Made by a program: the position numbers and the translations under genes. Positions 28,573-37,004 of a DNA stretch of 64,000 nucleotides are shown piece by piece; positions within the stretch are counted from its first letter, which is position 1, and each line of letters opens with the position of its first letter. Origin of the DNA: Candidatus Heimdallarchaeota archaeon. Lineage in GTDB: Archaea > Asgardarchaeota > Heimdallarchaeia > Hodarchaeales > Hodarchaeaceae. Where the stretch lies: NCBI GenBank assembly GCA_020353515.1, contig CP070695.1, positions 2,162,571 to 2,226,570 on the forward strand, written 5' to 3'. The notes under the pieces were generated by a model. That model worked only from the letters and a program-made list of their open reading frames with translations, was not told the origin of the DNA and did not search any database.

Positions 28573-29727
28573 TCATGGTATATATATATAAATAGCTAAG
28601 TCGACTCGCTCATTTACTTTCCCATTTATAGTAACATAATCCACTCGCGGGAGTTCATCACAATTTAAAGTAATTGTTTCCTTTCCAATGTTCCTCTGTT
28701 TGAACCTTTGCTTTTCATATATAACCAACGTAATTTCGGCCTCTTTACATTGATCTAATGAAACACTATTGCAAAAGATTATAACTGGAGCTTGAGGAAT
28801 GTATGGATCCTCCTCTGTTGGAATTTGAATCCACCCTTTTTGGGGATATTTTTGGGTTATTCGTCCCCTATAATAGATTCTCAGACCTAATAGTGAATCT
28901 TTGATATTAGAAATGGTTAATAATCTGATTTTAAAGACTGCAACATTAGGAATCAGTAGATGACGAAGAGTTCCAAAAGTCACTTTATGTTTATGGATGC
29001 GTATATGAGTTTGTCCTACAGGGATATTAATAGCATCAGAGAGAGGTACATACTGAATACCGTCTCGACTTTTGGACCATAAACCTCCTCCAAGATTAAC
29101 TTGAGTAAGATGATATAATTCCTTCTCTGTTATAGTTGAATTAATATCTTCTAAATAGTCAAGTGCTCTGCGAATTTGTGACCTATCTAATTGAATCCGA
29201 GAATCTTTGAGATATCTTAAATATTGAGCACTCTCGTGAGGTACACCACACATTGCCAGAATACGGATATGACTATCAGCTCCAGCGGTAAATTTGGTGA
29301 AATATCGTGCTATTATTCCCCCTGTAGAATGGGTTATCAAGGAGATCCGATGAGCATTGGTAATCTGTTTTATTTCATTAATTGTTTGGGCTAAACGCTC
29401 ACAAACTACATCCAGTTCAGCTTGTTCATTATCAATAGCAAATAATTTTCGAAAACCAAAATACCATAATTCTCGTGCAAACCAATTAAAGATTGTATGA
29501 GAAGATCCATACCCATGAATCATGAGAATGGGCTCATTGAATCTTGCTTCCCCTGTAGGAATAAATTCTCCTGTTTCGTCATCCGAGAGATAAGAAAACC
29601 GAAATAAATTGAGGTGTTTGCAATGATCCATGAGGATCCAGAAATGATCAAGCTCTTTCAATCGTTCTGTTTCAGGAGTTATATCCTTAAATCGGGGAGG
29701 AGGAAATTTTTGAACCATAACTGCCAC
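28573..29727 (-). CDS. Alpha/beta-hydrolase (lipase-like) fused to a C-terminal C2-like domain
   Basis: PILMIHGY, THSTGG nucleophile elbow, GVPH, THIRIH; C-terminal FKIRLLTISNI...TLVIYEKQRFKQRNIGKETITL. Confidence 0.65.
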   Translation of the reverse strand: MAVMVQKFPPPRFKDITPETERLKELDHFWILMDHCKHLNLFRFSYLSDDETGEFIPTGEARFNEPILMIHGYGSSHTIFNWFARELWYFGFRKLFAIDNEQAELDVVCERLAQTINEIKQITNAHRISLITHSTGGIIARYFTKFTAGADSHIRILAMCGVPHESAQYLRYLKDSRIQLDRSQIRRALDYLEDINSTITEKELYHLTQVNLGGGLWSKSRDGIQYVPLSDAINIPVGQTHIRIHKHKVTFGTLRHLLIPNVAVFKIRLLTISNIKDSLLGLRIYYRGRITQKYPQKGWIQIPTEEDPYIPQAPVIIFCNSVSLDQCKEAEITLVIYEKQRFKQRNIGKETITLNCDELPRVDYVTINGKVNERVDLAIYIYIP

Positions 29728-29898
29728 ATTTTAATTCATTTAAACAGAAGCGGCGAATTCATCAAATGATTGAGAGAGAGGGAAGTCTGGATTTAAATAT
29801 TATGTCTAGCGAGTTATTTCATACCCTTGAGAAAATGCTTATAATAGATCGAGGATTGTGAATGAGTATATTATTTTTGATAAGAGGAAGAAATAATT

Positions 29899-30432
29899 AT
29901 GGCATTCTGTCCATTTTGTGGAGCTGAAGTCGAACCAGATAGTTTATATTGTTTGAATTGCGGAAAAAAAATTCCAGAAAAACAACCTCCGAAAGGAGTA
30001 GCAGCTTGGGAAACTACTCCAACACAACCGACCTATACTCCTCGCCCTGCTCAACCAGTGACGTATAAACCAATTTATCAACCGAAACCCTATCATCCTA
30101 GCATGAAAGCTCCTTGTGGTGAGAGAATCATTGCCTACTTTGTTGATTCTATCGTTGCAAGTGTTATTACTTCATTTTCTGGTCTTGGATGTGTCTACAC
30201 CGCTGTCAAAGATGGCATAAGGGAAGGCCAAGGATTAGGAAAAGGCTTAATGAATTTAAGGGTTGTTGATTTTCAGACCGGTATGCCGGCGACACTCGGC
30301 CAATCTTTCATACGTAATTGTTGCCCTGGCTGCCTTGATGGTTGCTGTTGTTTCTTAGTCGCTGCGATCGATCAAGATGGACGACGTATTGGCGATCAAG
30401 CCGCGGGAACAGTTGTTATTCTTGATAAGTGA
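29899..30432 (+). CDS. Zinc-ribbon + RDD-family membrane protein
   Basis: FCPFCG...YCLNCG; P/Q/Y-rich linker; R..AYFVD, GQGLGK...LRVV, RRIGDQAAGTVV. Confidence 0.88.
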   Translation: MAFCPFCGAEVEPDSLYCLNCGKKIPEKQPPKGVAAWETTPTQPTYTPRPAQPVTYKPIYQPKPYHPSMKAPCGERIIAYFVDSIVASVITSFSGLGCVYTAVKDGIREGQGLGKGLMNLRVVDFQTGMPATLGQSFIRNCCPGCLDGCCCFLVAAIDQDGRRIGDQAAGTVVILDK

Positions 30433-30723
30433 TTCTATATCTAGTCACTTTTCAAAATTCAGGAAGATACCTATCGTATTCAATTTATGTGCCCTATGGG
30501 ATTTTTTACACTCTAGTATTTACTTTTCTAGAAGAATCATTATAGAATGGTTCTTTCTTAGGAGAAGAGATTGAATTTTACGAAACGGATCTCATTCATC
30601 ATTTCTAATAAAGCTGAAGCTAATAGAATCTAATGTAAATACATTACAACTATTTTTTAGAGTAATCAATCACAATACTAATAATGATTTAAAATTCTGG
30701 GGAGAAAGTAAGGTGAAATTATT

Positions 30724-31758
30724 ATGACAATTGAAACTAACATCACAAAAATGCTAGGAATAAAACACCCCATCATAGCAGCACCAATGGGACCGTTTTA
30801 TACCACAGATTTGACGATTGCTGTATCTGAAGCAGGGGGTTTAGGTGTACTTTCACATGTTGGGATATCAAATGTTGATCCTGTTGAGGAAATGAAGAAA
30901 AATATGCAGACGGTCGTTGAACATACCGATAAGCCCTTTGGATTCAATATACGGACATCTCGGATGGAGCCAAACGCAGAAATGCTCTGTTGGGAAATTC
31001 CAAAATTTATTATGGAGAATCAAAAAATTAGAGATCAATGTGTTTACGCTTTAACTAGTGCTGGATCTGCCAAAATTCTCCCAAATGCTCCACCATATCA
31101 AAAGCTGAAAGAAAATTCCGAAATCAAACATTTCCATGTCGCTCCAGCCTTATGGTTAGCGGAAAAATGTGTTTCTGCTGGAGTTGACGGATTAACAGTC
31201 ACTGGTGGAGAAGGAGGTGGCCACCAGTCATATGAAGGTGTTAGTACCCTTGTACTTCTTCAACAAGTGCAACAAAAATTCCCTGAGACTCCTGTAATTG
31301 CCTGTGGAGGATTTGCAACAGGAGAAGGACTAGCTGCTGCATTATCACTCGGAGCTGGAGCTATTGCTATGGGATCGAGATTCATTGCCTCAAAAGAGAG
31401 CGAATTTCACGACACTTACAAGAATGTTGTTCCACCTGCGAAAGCCCAAGATACAATAATGGCAACAGGAGTTTTTGGGCCTATCAGGCTTTGGGAAAAC
31501 GAGTATGCATTAGCACATAAACCAGTTGGAAGCAAAGAAGAGAAAATGGCTCAAGAATCTGCTTTCGATGTTGATGAAATAGCTAAGACCATTAGAGCTT
31601 ACGAATTAGCTTATGAAGGTAATATCAACGACGGAGCTGTTCTCCTAGGACAGAGTATAGGTCTAGTTGATAGGATTGAAAGTGTATCTGATATTATGGA
31701 AGGAATAATGAAGGATGCTGAGGCTGCTGTAAGGAATGCAGCTAGTTTAATTAAATAA
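30724..31758 (+). CDS. Nitronate monooxygenase / FabK-family flavin oxidoreductase
   Basis: HPIIAAPMG, AVSEAGGLG, GEGGGH, PVIACGG, MGSRF, GQSIGL. Confidence 0.9.
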   Translation: MTIETNITKMLGIKHPIIAAPMGPFYTTDLTIAVSEAGGLGVLSHVGISNVDPVEEMKKNMQTVVEHTDKPFGFNIRTSRMEPNAEMLCWEIPKFIMENQKIRDQCVYALTSAGSAKILPNAPPYQKLKENSEIKHFHVAPALWLAEKCVSAGVDGLTVTGGEGGGHQSYEGVSTLVLLQQVQQKFPETPVIACGGFATGEGLAAALSLGAGAIAMGSRFIASKESEFHDTYKNVVPPAKAQDTIMATGVFGPIRLWENEYALAHKPVGSKEEKMAQESAFDVDEIAKTIRAYELAYEGNINDGAVLLGQSIGLVDRIESVSDIMEGIMKDAEAAVRNAASLIK

Positions 31759-31824
31759 TCCCTTCCTTCTTTCTTTTTATACTTGTTGAAAATTTAAGAA
31801 TAATTGTTTGGATCTTGATATTCG

Positions 31825-32634
31825 ATGAGAATATCCTCACAAGAAGAGCTCATCGCTAAAAAGGAAAATAAGCTGAGAGTCTGGTTTACCCAAGGTCTTT
31901 CACAAATTGATAGCATAATTGATGGATTTGATATTGGATGGGGAGGTACAGCTCGTTGGTGTACCTCACATTTAGCTAGGTACTTAGATCCTCAAAAGAA
32001 TATCACAATACTGGATATTGCTTGCGGTTATGGAACATTTTTAGTCCAACTAGGTTGGCGTTTTCCTCAAGCTGAACTTATTGGATTGAACCTCGATTTT
32101 GACCCACCACACAATTTGATTGTTTCTTTATTATCTCAGAGTAATATCAAGGCTCAGCTTATCATAGCTGATGCATTGCACATACCCTTCAAGACAAAAT
32201 TCGATTGTGTGACATGTTTTCTCGGATTACAGGACATTACCATCACTCGGGGACAGGAAAATCTTGTTAACGTAGTTTCTGAACTTCTTCGAATAGTTCC
32301 ACCTCATGGATTTTTAGCCCTTTTAGATAATTTTCCACAAGACATTTTTGAAAATATTCTCACTCAGCAGAAATTGGAATATGATTTAGTTTTTAATAAA
32401 TCTTTTAAACCTCATTGTAAGTGGTCACGTGAAATAGGTCTTAGAGCAATTGAAATGTATGCTCAAGGTTATCTACAGCAGGAATTAGATAGTGAGAATC
32501 CTCCAGTAGATAGCAATGTAGCCTTAACAAGGATAAAAAAGAAAATGTTGAACGAATTTGAGAATCAGATTGATTCTCAAGGTTATTACAATCCCTGGGG
32601 GACTATGCATCTTTTCCTGTTACAACGGTTATAA
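31825..32634 (+). CDS. Class I SAM-dependent methyltransferase
   Basis: ILDIACGYG, ADALHIPF...FDCVT. Confidence 0.85.
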   Translation: MRISSQEELIAKKENKLRVWFTQGLSQIDSIIDGFDIGWGGTARWCTSHLARYLDPQKNITILDIACGYGTFLVQLGWRFPQAELIGLNLDFDPPHNLIVSLLSQSNIKAQLIIADALHIPFKTKFDCVTCFLGLQDITITRGQENLVNVVSELLRIVPPHGFLALLDNFPQDIFENILTQQKLEYDLVFNKSFKPHCKWSREIGLRAIEMYAQGYLQQELDSENPPVDSNVALTRIKKKMLNEFENQIDSQGYYNPWGTMHLFLLQRL

Positions 32635-32710
32635 TACCTTTCAAAATTATAAATTTCGATCTGAAACTGAAAATATATCAAATATAAATTTGTGTTCTTC
32701 ATTGAATAAA

Positions 32711-34222
32711 ATGACAAGAGTAGATGAACGTATTATAGAATTTAGTCGTCAAGGAAAATTCCACGAAATAGTTAAGATGTTAAATGAAGAAATCCCGAAG
32801 GTTGACTCTCAGAAAGAGAAACTTCGTTTAGAATACCAGCTAGCGGAAGCATATTATTCCATTCGGAAATTTGAAAAGGGAAAAAAAATAGTTGAGAGAA
32901 TTCTTCCTGTTTTTCAGGAACATAGCAATCATTCGATGGTGGGGAACTCTGAAAATCTCTTAGGTAAGATATATCGTATACATCAACGTTATCAGGAAGC
33001 AATAGCGCATTACAAAAATGCCGAAGAAGCATTTAAACTTGCAGAGAATAATGAAGGACTATCAAAAATTTATCACAACATTGGAAATGTCTATATATTC
33101 CTTGAACGTTTTAAGGAAGCTAAAAAGTATCACCTTAAAGCCCTCCAGTTTGCTGAGCAAGAAAAAAGACCTGATGCAATAGCTAGTTCACATTTGAATA
33201 TTGGTAGTATGTTTTATCAAAATGGAGAGGTTGATCAAGCTTTATTTCACTTTGAAAAAGCAAGAGAGTTATTTGAAGAAATCCAAGATATTCCAAGTCT
33301 TGCTGCTACATATCATAATCTGGGGGAAATTTATCTACTTCGACAAGACTTTAATGCAGCTATAGAGAATAGTTCTAAAGCTGAATCCTTCTATGATAAA
33401 CAAAGAAATATTATCGGACAAACATTAGCATTAACAACGCTAGCTCGCTCTTTTAAAGCTTCTGGATCATTAGACAAAGCAATTAAAATCTATAATCAAG
33501 TCATTGATCTAAAACCTACAGAAGATATCTTTCTTGAGCTTGGTGAATGCTACTTAAGCCAGAATCAACTTAAAAAAGCAAAAACAATCTTTGAGAAAAT
33601 ATCTGAATCACCAACTTCGTCTTTACATGGCTTAGGATATTCATTTGATTATTTAGCAAGAATTGCCATCGATCAAGGAGAATTTGAAACTGCACAAGAC
33701 AGATACATTAAATTATTAGAAGTCCTTGATAAATTAACTCCTAAAGATCCAGAGAGTATCGCTTCAACTCAAGGAAATTTAGGGTATATTTTCTTAAAAA
33801 CGCAGAACTTTGAACACGCTCAAGAATATTTTCAACAAGCAAGTAATTATTTCAAGAAAAAGAGAAATTGGGAGGAGCTTATTACACTAGGAAGTAATTT
33901 TCGTATGGAATTTGTAATCATACAGGATTATGAGAAAGCAATTGCGGTATTAAGTGATCATGTCCTCCCAGCAATTAAAAAGTCGAAAGATAAGATGATA
34001 GAAAACCAATACCATTACGAAATAGCTTTACTATACCACTTAAACGGTGCCACAGATGAAGGATTAGCTTACTGGCAACGAAATCACCAAAAAAAGGTTC
34101 CATTCCAAAAGTATTCAGTTCCTCTCTTATCGGTTATCAAAGAAGAAAATACTAAAAAGGAGCTTGAGAAACAACACCTGAAGTTTCTAAAACGAGTGAT
34201 TGAGTTAAAAAGATCTAAATAA
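32711..34222 (+). CDS. Tetratricopeptide-repeat protein
   Basis: About 10 TPR units (NLLGKIY, HNIGNVY, NIGSMFY, HNLGEIY, GNLGYIF). ATG 32711 is preferred over the overlapping start at 32558. Confidence 0.88.
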   Translation: MTRVDERIIEFSRQGKFHEIVKMLNEEIPKVDSQKEKLRLEYQLAEAYYSIRKFEKGKKIVERILPVFQEHSNHSMVGNSENLLGKIYRIHQRYQEAIAHYKNAEEAFKLAENNEGLSKIYHNIGNVYIFLERFKEAKKYHLKALQFAEQEKRPDAIASSHLNIGSMFYQNGEVDQALFHFEKARELFEEIQDIPSLAATYHNLGEIYLLRQDFNAAIENSSKAESFYDKQRNIIGQTLALTTLARSFKASGSLDKAIKIYNQVIDLKPTEDIFLELGECYLSQNQLKKAKTIFEKISESPTSSLHGLGYSFDYLARIAIDQGEFETAQDRYIKLLEVLDKLTPKDPESIASTQGNLGYIFLKTQNFEHAQEYFQQASNYFKKKRNWEELITLGSNFRMEFVIIQDYEKAIAVLSDHVLPAIKKSKDKMIENQYHYEIALLYHLNGATDEGLAYWQRNHQKKVPFQKYSVPLLSVIKEENTKKELEKQHLKFLKRVIELKRSK

Positions 34223-34262
34223 CAAATACAACCACAGAATTCACACCCTGGGTTTTTATAGT

Positions 34263-34853
34263 ATGTACAGCCGTATCCTTGTTCAGAAAATACTTGGTCC
34301 CTATCGAATTTCTCACCATCCCTTTTGTAGTAATTTCAAAGATCATATTTATGAGATACGTGGGAATAGAGTTTGTCGAGGATGTCTGATGCAATACTCT
34401 GGAATCTCATTCTCACTGATAATAATTGTGTTAGGAAATCTTTTAGGATTCTGGACTGGTTTAACAGAACTTCAGATTGGATTGGTGTTGTATGTACTAG
34501 TTTTTCCAACCTTTTTAACCGCGTTAATTATTAAAAATCGTAAAATTAAAGATATTGCTCGTTTCTTATTAGGATCAGCTTTTTCATTAGCTTTTGTATT
34601 ATTGCTGTTCACACCTGATTGGTTAATTAAGGGATGGATTTTATTAAACTTCATTCCAGGTTACATTTATCTTAACCGAAGAAGAGCAGTGAAGAATGAC
34701 GAAGTTTGTAATCGTTGTGAAGAATTCAACAATATCCCCAATTGTTCTGGCTATCAAATCTATACTGATAGGGAAAAGATTTTCTTAACCCAAGCTCTTC
34801 AAGGTGGAATTAGTGATCCCTTTGCTCTACCTCCTGACAAACTTGATGAATGA
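34263..34853 (+). CDS. Cys-rich membrane protein (DUF2085-like)
   Basis: SHHPFC...VCRGC...Y.G, 4 TM, C-terminal CNRC...C. Confidence 0.6.
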   Translation: MYSRILVQKILGPYRISHHPFCSNFKDHIYEIRGNRVCRGCLMQYSGISFSLIIIVLGNLLGFWTGLTELQIGLVLYVLVFPTFLTALIIKNRKIKDIARFLLGSAFSLAFVLLLFTPDWLIKGWILLNFIPGYIYLNRRRAVKNDEVCNRCEEFNNIPNCSGYQIYTDREKIFLTQALQGGISDPFALPPDKLDE

Positions 34854-35014
34854 ATCCAGCCATTAAAACTCTTCAGATTAGGCTGCAGTACAAGAGGTCT
34901 CACTTAAGATTCCCTAGGACTTTTTAAAATTTTACTCAACATAACCTTTTAAGAAGAAGAAGTATATTTAGTTTGCTACATTATAAATTCGTAAAATCTT
35001 CTCTAGATTAGGTA

Positions 35015-35362
35015 GTGATAAAAATGTCAAGCCAACAGGCACTAATACAAAGACAGGCTCCCTGTGGGGACCGCTGTGTAGCTGCTCTCATCGATGGGGT
35101 TATTTCTAGTGCAATCAGCTGGGCTCTCGGTGCAGGATGTATCTACGATTTAATAAAAGATGGTATCAGAGACGGACAAAGTATTGGGAAAGGAATGATG
35201 GGATTACGAGTCGTTAATTTCAATACAGGACAACCAGCAACCATCGGAGCGTCATGTCTCCGAAATTGTTTAATGTGTTGTCCTTGTCTCTTGTTAATCA
35301 CCGAAGGAAGAAGACGATTCGGTGATTATGTCGGTGGTACAATCGTAATCAAGGATATATAA
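35015..35362 (+). CDS. RDD-family protein (short paralog of 29899..30432)
   Basis: APCGDRCVAALID, GQSIGKGMMGLRVV, RRFGDYVGGTIV; may start at ATG 35024. Confidence 0.85.
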   Translation: MIKMSSQQALIQRQAPCGDRCVAALIDGVISSAISWALGAGCIYDLIKDGIRDGQSIGKGMMGLRVVNFNTGQPATIGASCLRNCLMCCPCLLLITEGRRRFGDYVGGTIVIKDI

Positions 35363-35372
35363 TTCAACAAAT

Positions 35373-35406
35373 CCTTTTCTTTTTTTCCCCATCATTTTTC
35401 TTTTTT
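35373..35406 (+). terminator. Putative oligo-T terminator between convergent genes
   Basis: Long pyrimidine/T tracts directly after the RDD stop. Confidence 0.4.
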
Positions 35407-35440
35407 AAAGTCAATGATTCCTCTATTACTCCTTTAATCA

Positions 35441-36814
35441 TCAATCCCTAACAACCCTACCAACAAAGATTAGCGTTAAAACGATTAAACTAATTATTAA
35501 ACCAACAGTAAAAAGAAATGTCCCTTGGTCAGGGATAGGTTGAGACCATGCTAAAAGTGCAACCAAAAGGTTCAATCCTGAAAGACACCCGAATAACGCA
35601 GTCAATAAATTAAGCCTTTTTGTAGTTCGTTTTTCCTGTTCAAGGGCCAATAGATTCATTTTACCTTGGATATAGGTAGTAGCCCCTTCAACAGATCTTT
35701 CAACAGATCTAGCGAAGTCCAACCATGAATTCATTAGATTTAAATTGAAGTTGGGGAAGAGTCTTTGAATTAATGGTTCTGATAATAGGGGGACAATTGG
35801 ACTAAGATGTCCTTGCATATTAGAAATTGCTGGTTTTAGCTTTAAGAACTGAGCTTGGATCGTTTGGGTCCGATCTAATAATTCACTTAGTTGAGTTGTT
35901 GTTATGGTTGAATTTGAGCTAGTTAGAGTACGCATTTCCGAAGTAATATTGGTTAATTCTTCAAGCATTTTTTGTAGGGCTGGTTCTATCGCAAGCCAAG
36001 AGTTTATCAAACCTTTTTGCATAACCAATGCTTCGTTTATCTTTTGAAACAAAACAACAGGAATCTGATTATCTCCAATATGGCATAAGCAGGTTTCTGG
36101 TTCTTCAGAATGTTCGTAATCAGGAGCCATAATATTGATTGTTAGATTTTCAGCATTCTCGAATCGAAGAAAATAACCTGCAAAAAAAACAGTATAATTC
36201 TTTGATTGATCGTCATCGAATAACTCCAATGGATCAATCTGATAGTTTTCTATCAACCAAGTTTTAAAATCCTCAAAAAGGGACTTAAGTTGTGTAAAAA
36301 GAGAAGCTCCCGCTCGAGAAGGAAACCCAGCAAGACCAAAGATAAGGGGGTCCCGTAGGAAAGGATCTTTATCATTAATGTCACATGGCCAATAAGTGTG
36401 TCTTATTATCATTACCCAGTCAATATGCCTTTCAAAAACAATATCTAATGTTCGAGAATTCCTCCATTCGTACAGAATACCTAATTGATTGACTGGAACC
36501 TTTTGGAGTCTAAATGCTGAGCGAATAATCTCTTCCGTTATCTTGAGAGGTACAACAATCTGAAATCCTGCCATGATTTGAGCTTGATCCTTCCAATGTG
36601 CTAACATTGCTTCCGAACCATGCTCTAAAAATATATTACATGAGGGACAACAGCTATTTGATGTGTGAACTCGTTGAGGGCAAATTTCCACTGATCCTAG
36701 AGAAGCAGCAACGTCGCAACGCATACAACAATTCAGAAAATCAGGATCATCGGTGACAAGCATGGAACCATGTTTACGAGATAGATTTTCAATCTCTTGT
36801 AGCATTCTACTCAA
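35441..36814 (-). CDS. Hypothetical protein with Cys-rich N-terminus, helical stalk and two C-terminal TMs (CorA-like topology)
   Basis: CCMRC...C...CCPSC; long helices leading into KRLNLLT + TM1 (SGLN) + TM2. Confidence 0.55.
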   Translation of the reverse strand: MSRMLQEIENLSRKHGSMLVTDDPDFLNCCMRCDVAASLGSVEICPQRVHTSNSCCPSCNIFLEHGSEAMLAHWKDQAQIMAGFQIVVPLKITEEIIRSAFRLQKVPVNQLGILYEWRNSRTLDIVFERHIDWVMIIRHTYWPCDINDKDPFLRDPLIFGLAGFPSRAGASLFTQLKSLFEDFKTWLIENYQIDPLELFDDDQSKNYTVFFAGYFLRFENAENLTINIMAPDYEHSEEPETCLCHIGDNQIPVVLFQKINEALVMQKGLINSWLAIEPALQKMLEELTNITSEMRTLTSSNSTITTTQLSELLDRTQTIQAQFLKLKPAISNMQGHLSPIVPLLSEPLIQRLFPNFNLNLMNSWLDFARSVERSVEGATTYIQGKMNLLALEQEKRTTKRLNLLTALFGCLSGLNLLVALLAWSQPIPDQGTFLFTVGLIISLIVLTLIFVGRVVRD

Positions 36815-37004
36815 CTTTGATTAATGAATTTCCATTGTTTTTATATTTTGAGATCAAATGTTAGCAAACATTCATGAATCCCAAAATAATGCAAAACAAT
36901 TTTGTTTTATTTATGGTAGGAGGAACAAAAAAGGAAACTAAAATTTGTAAAAGAGAAAATGGAGTTGAACTCATTATCAACTTTCTAATTGCTGATACTG
37001 AATT

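Noticed and set aside
32558-32710. N-terminal extension of the TPR ORF
   Set aside because: Overlaps the methyltransferase 3' end and an AT-rich spacer; ATG 32711 is more plausible
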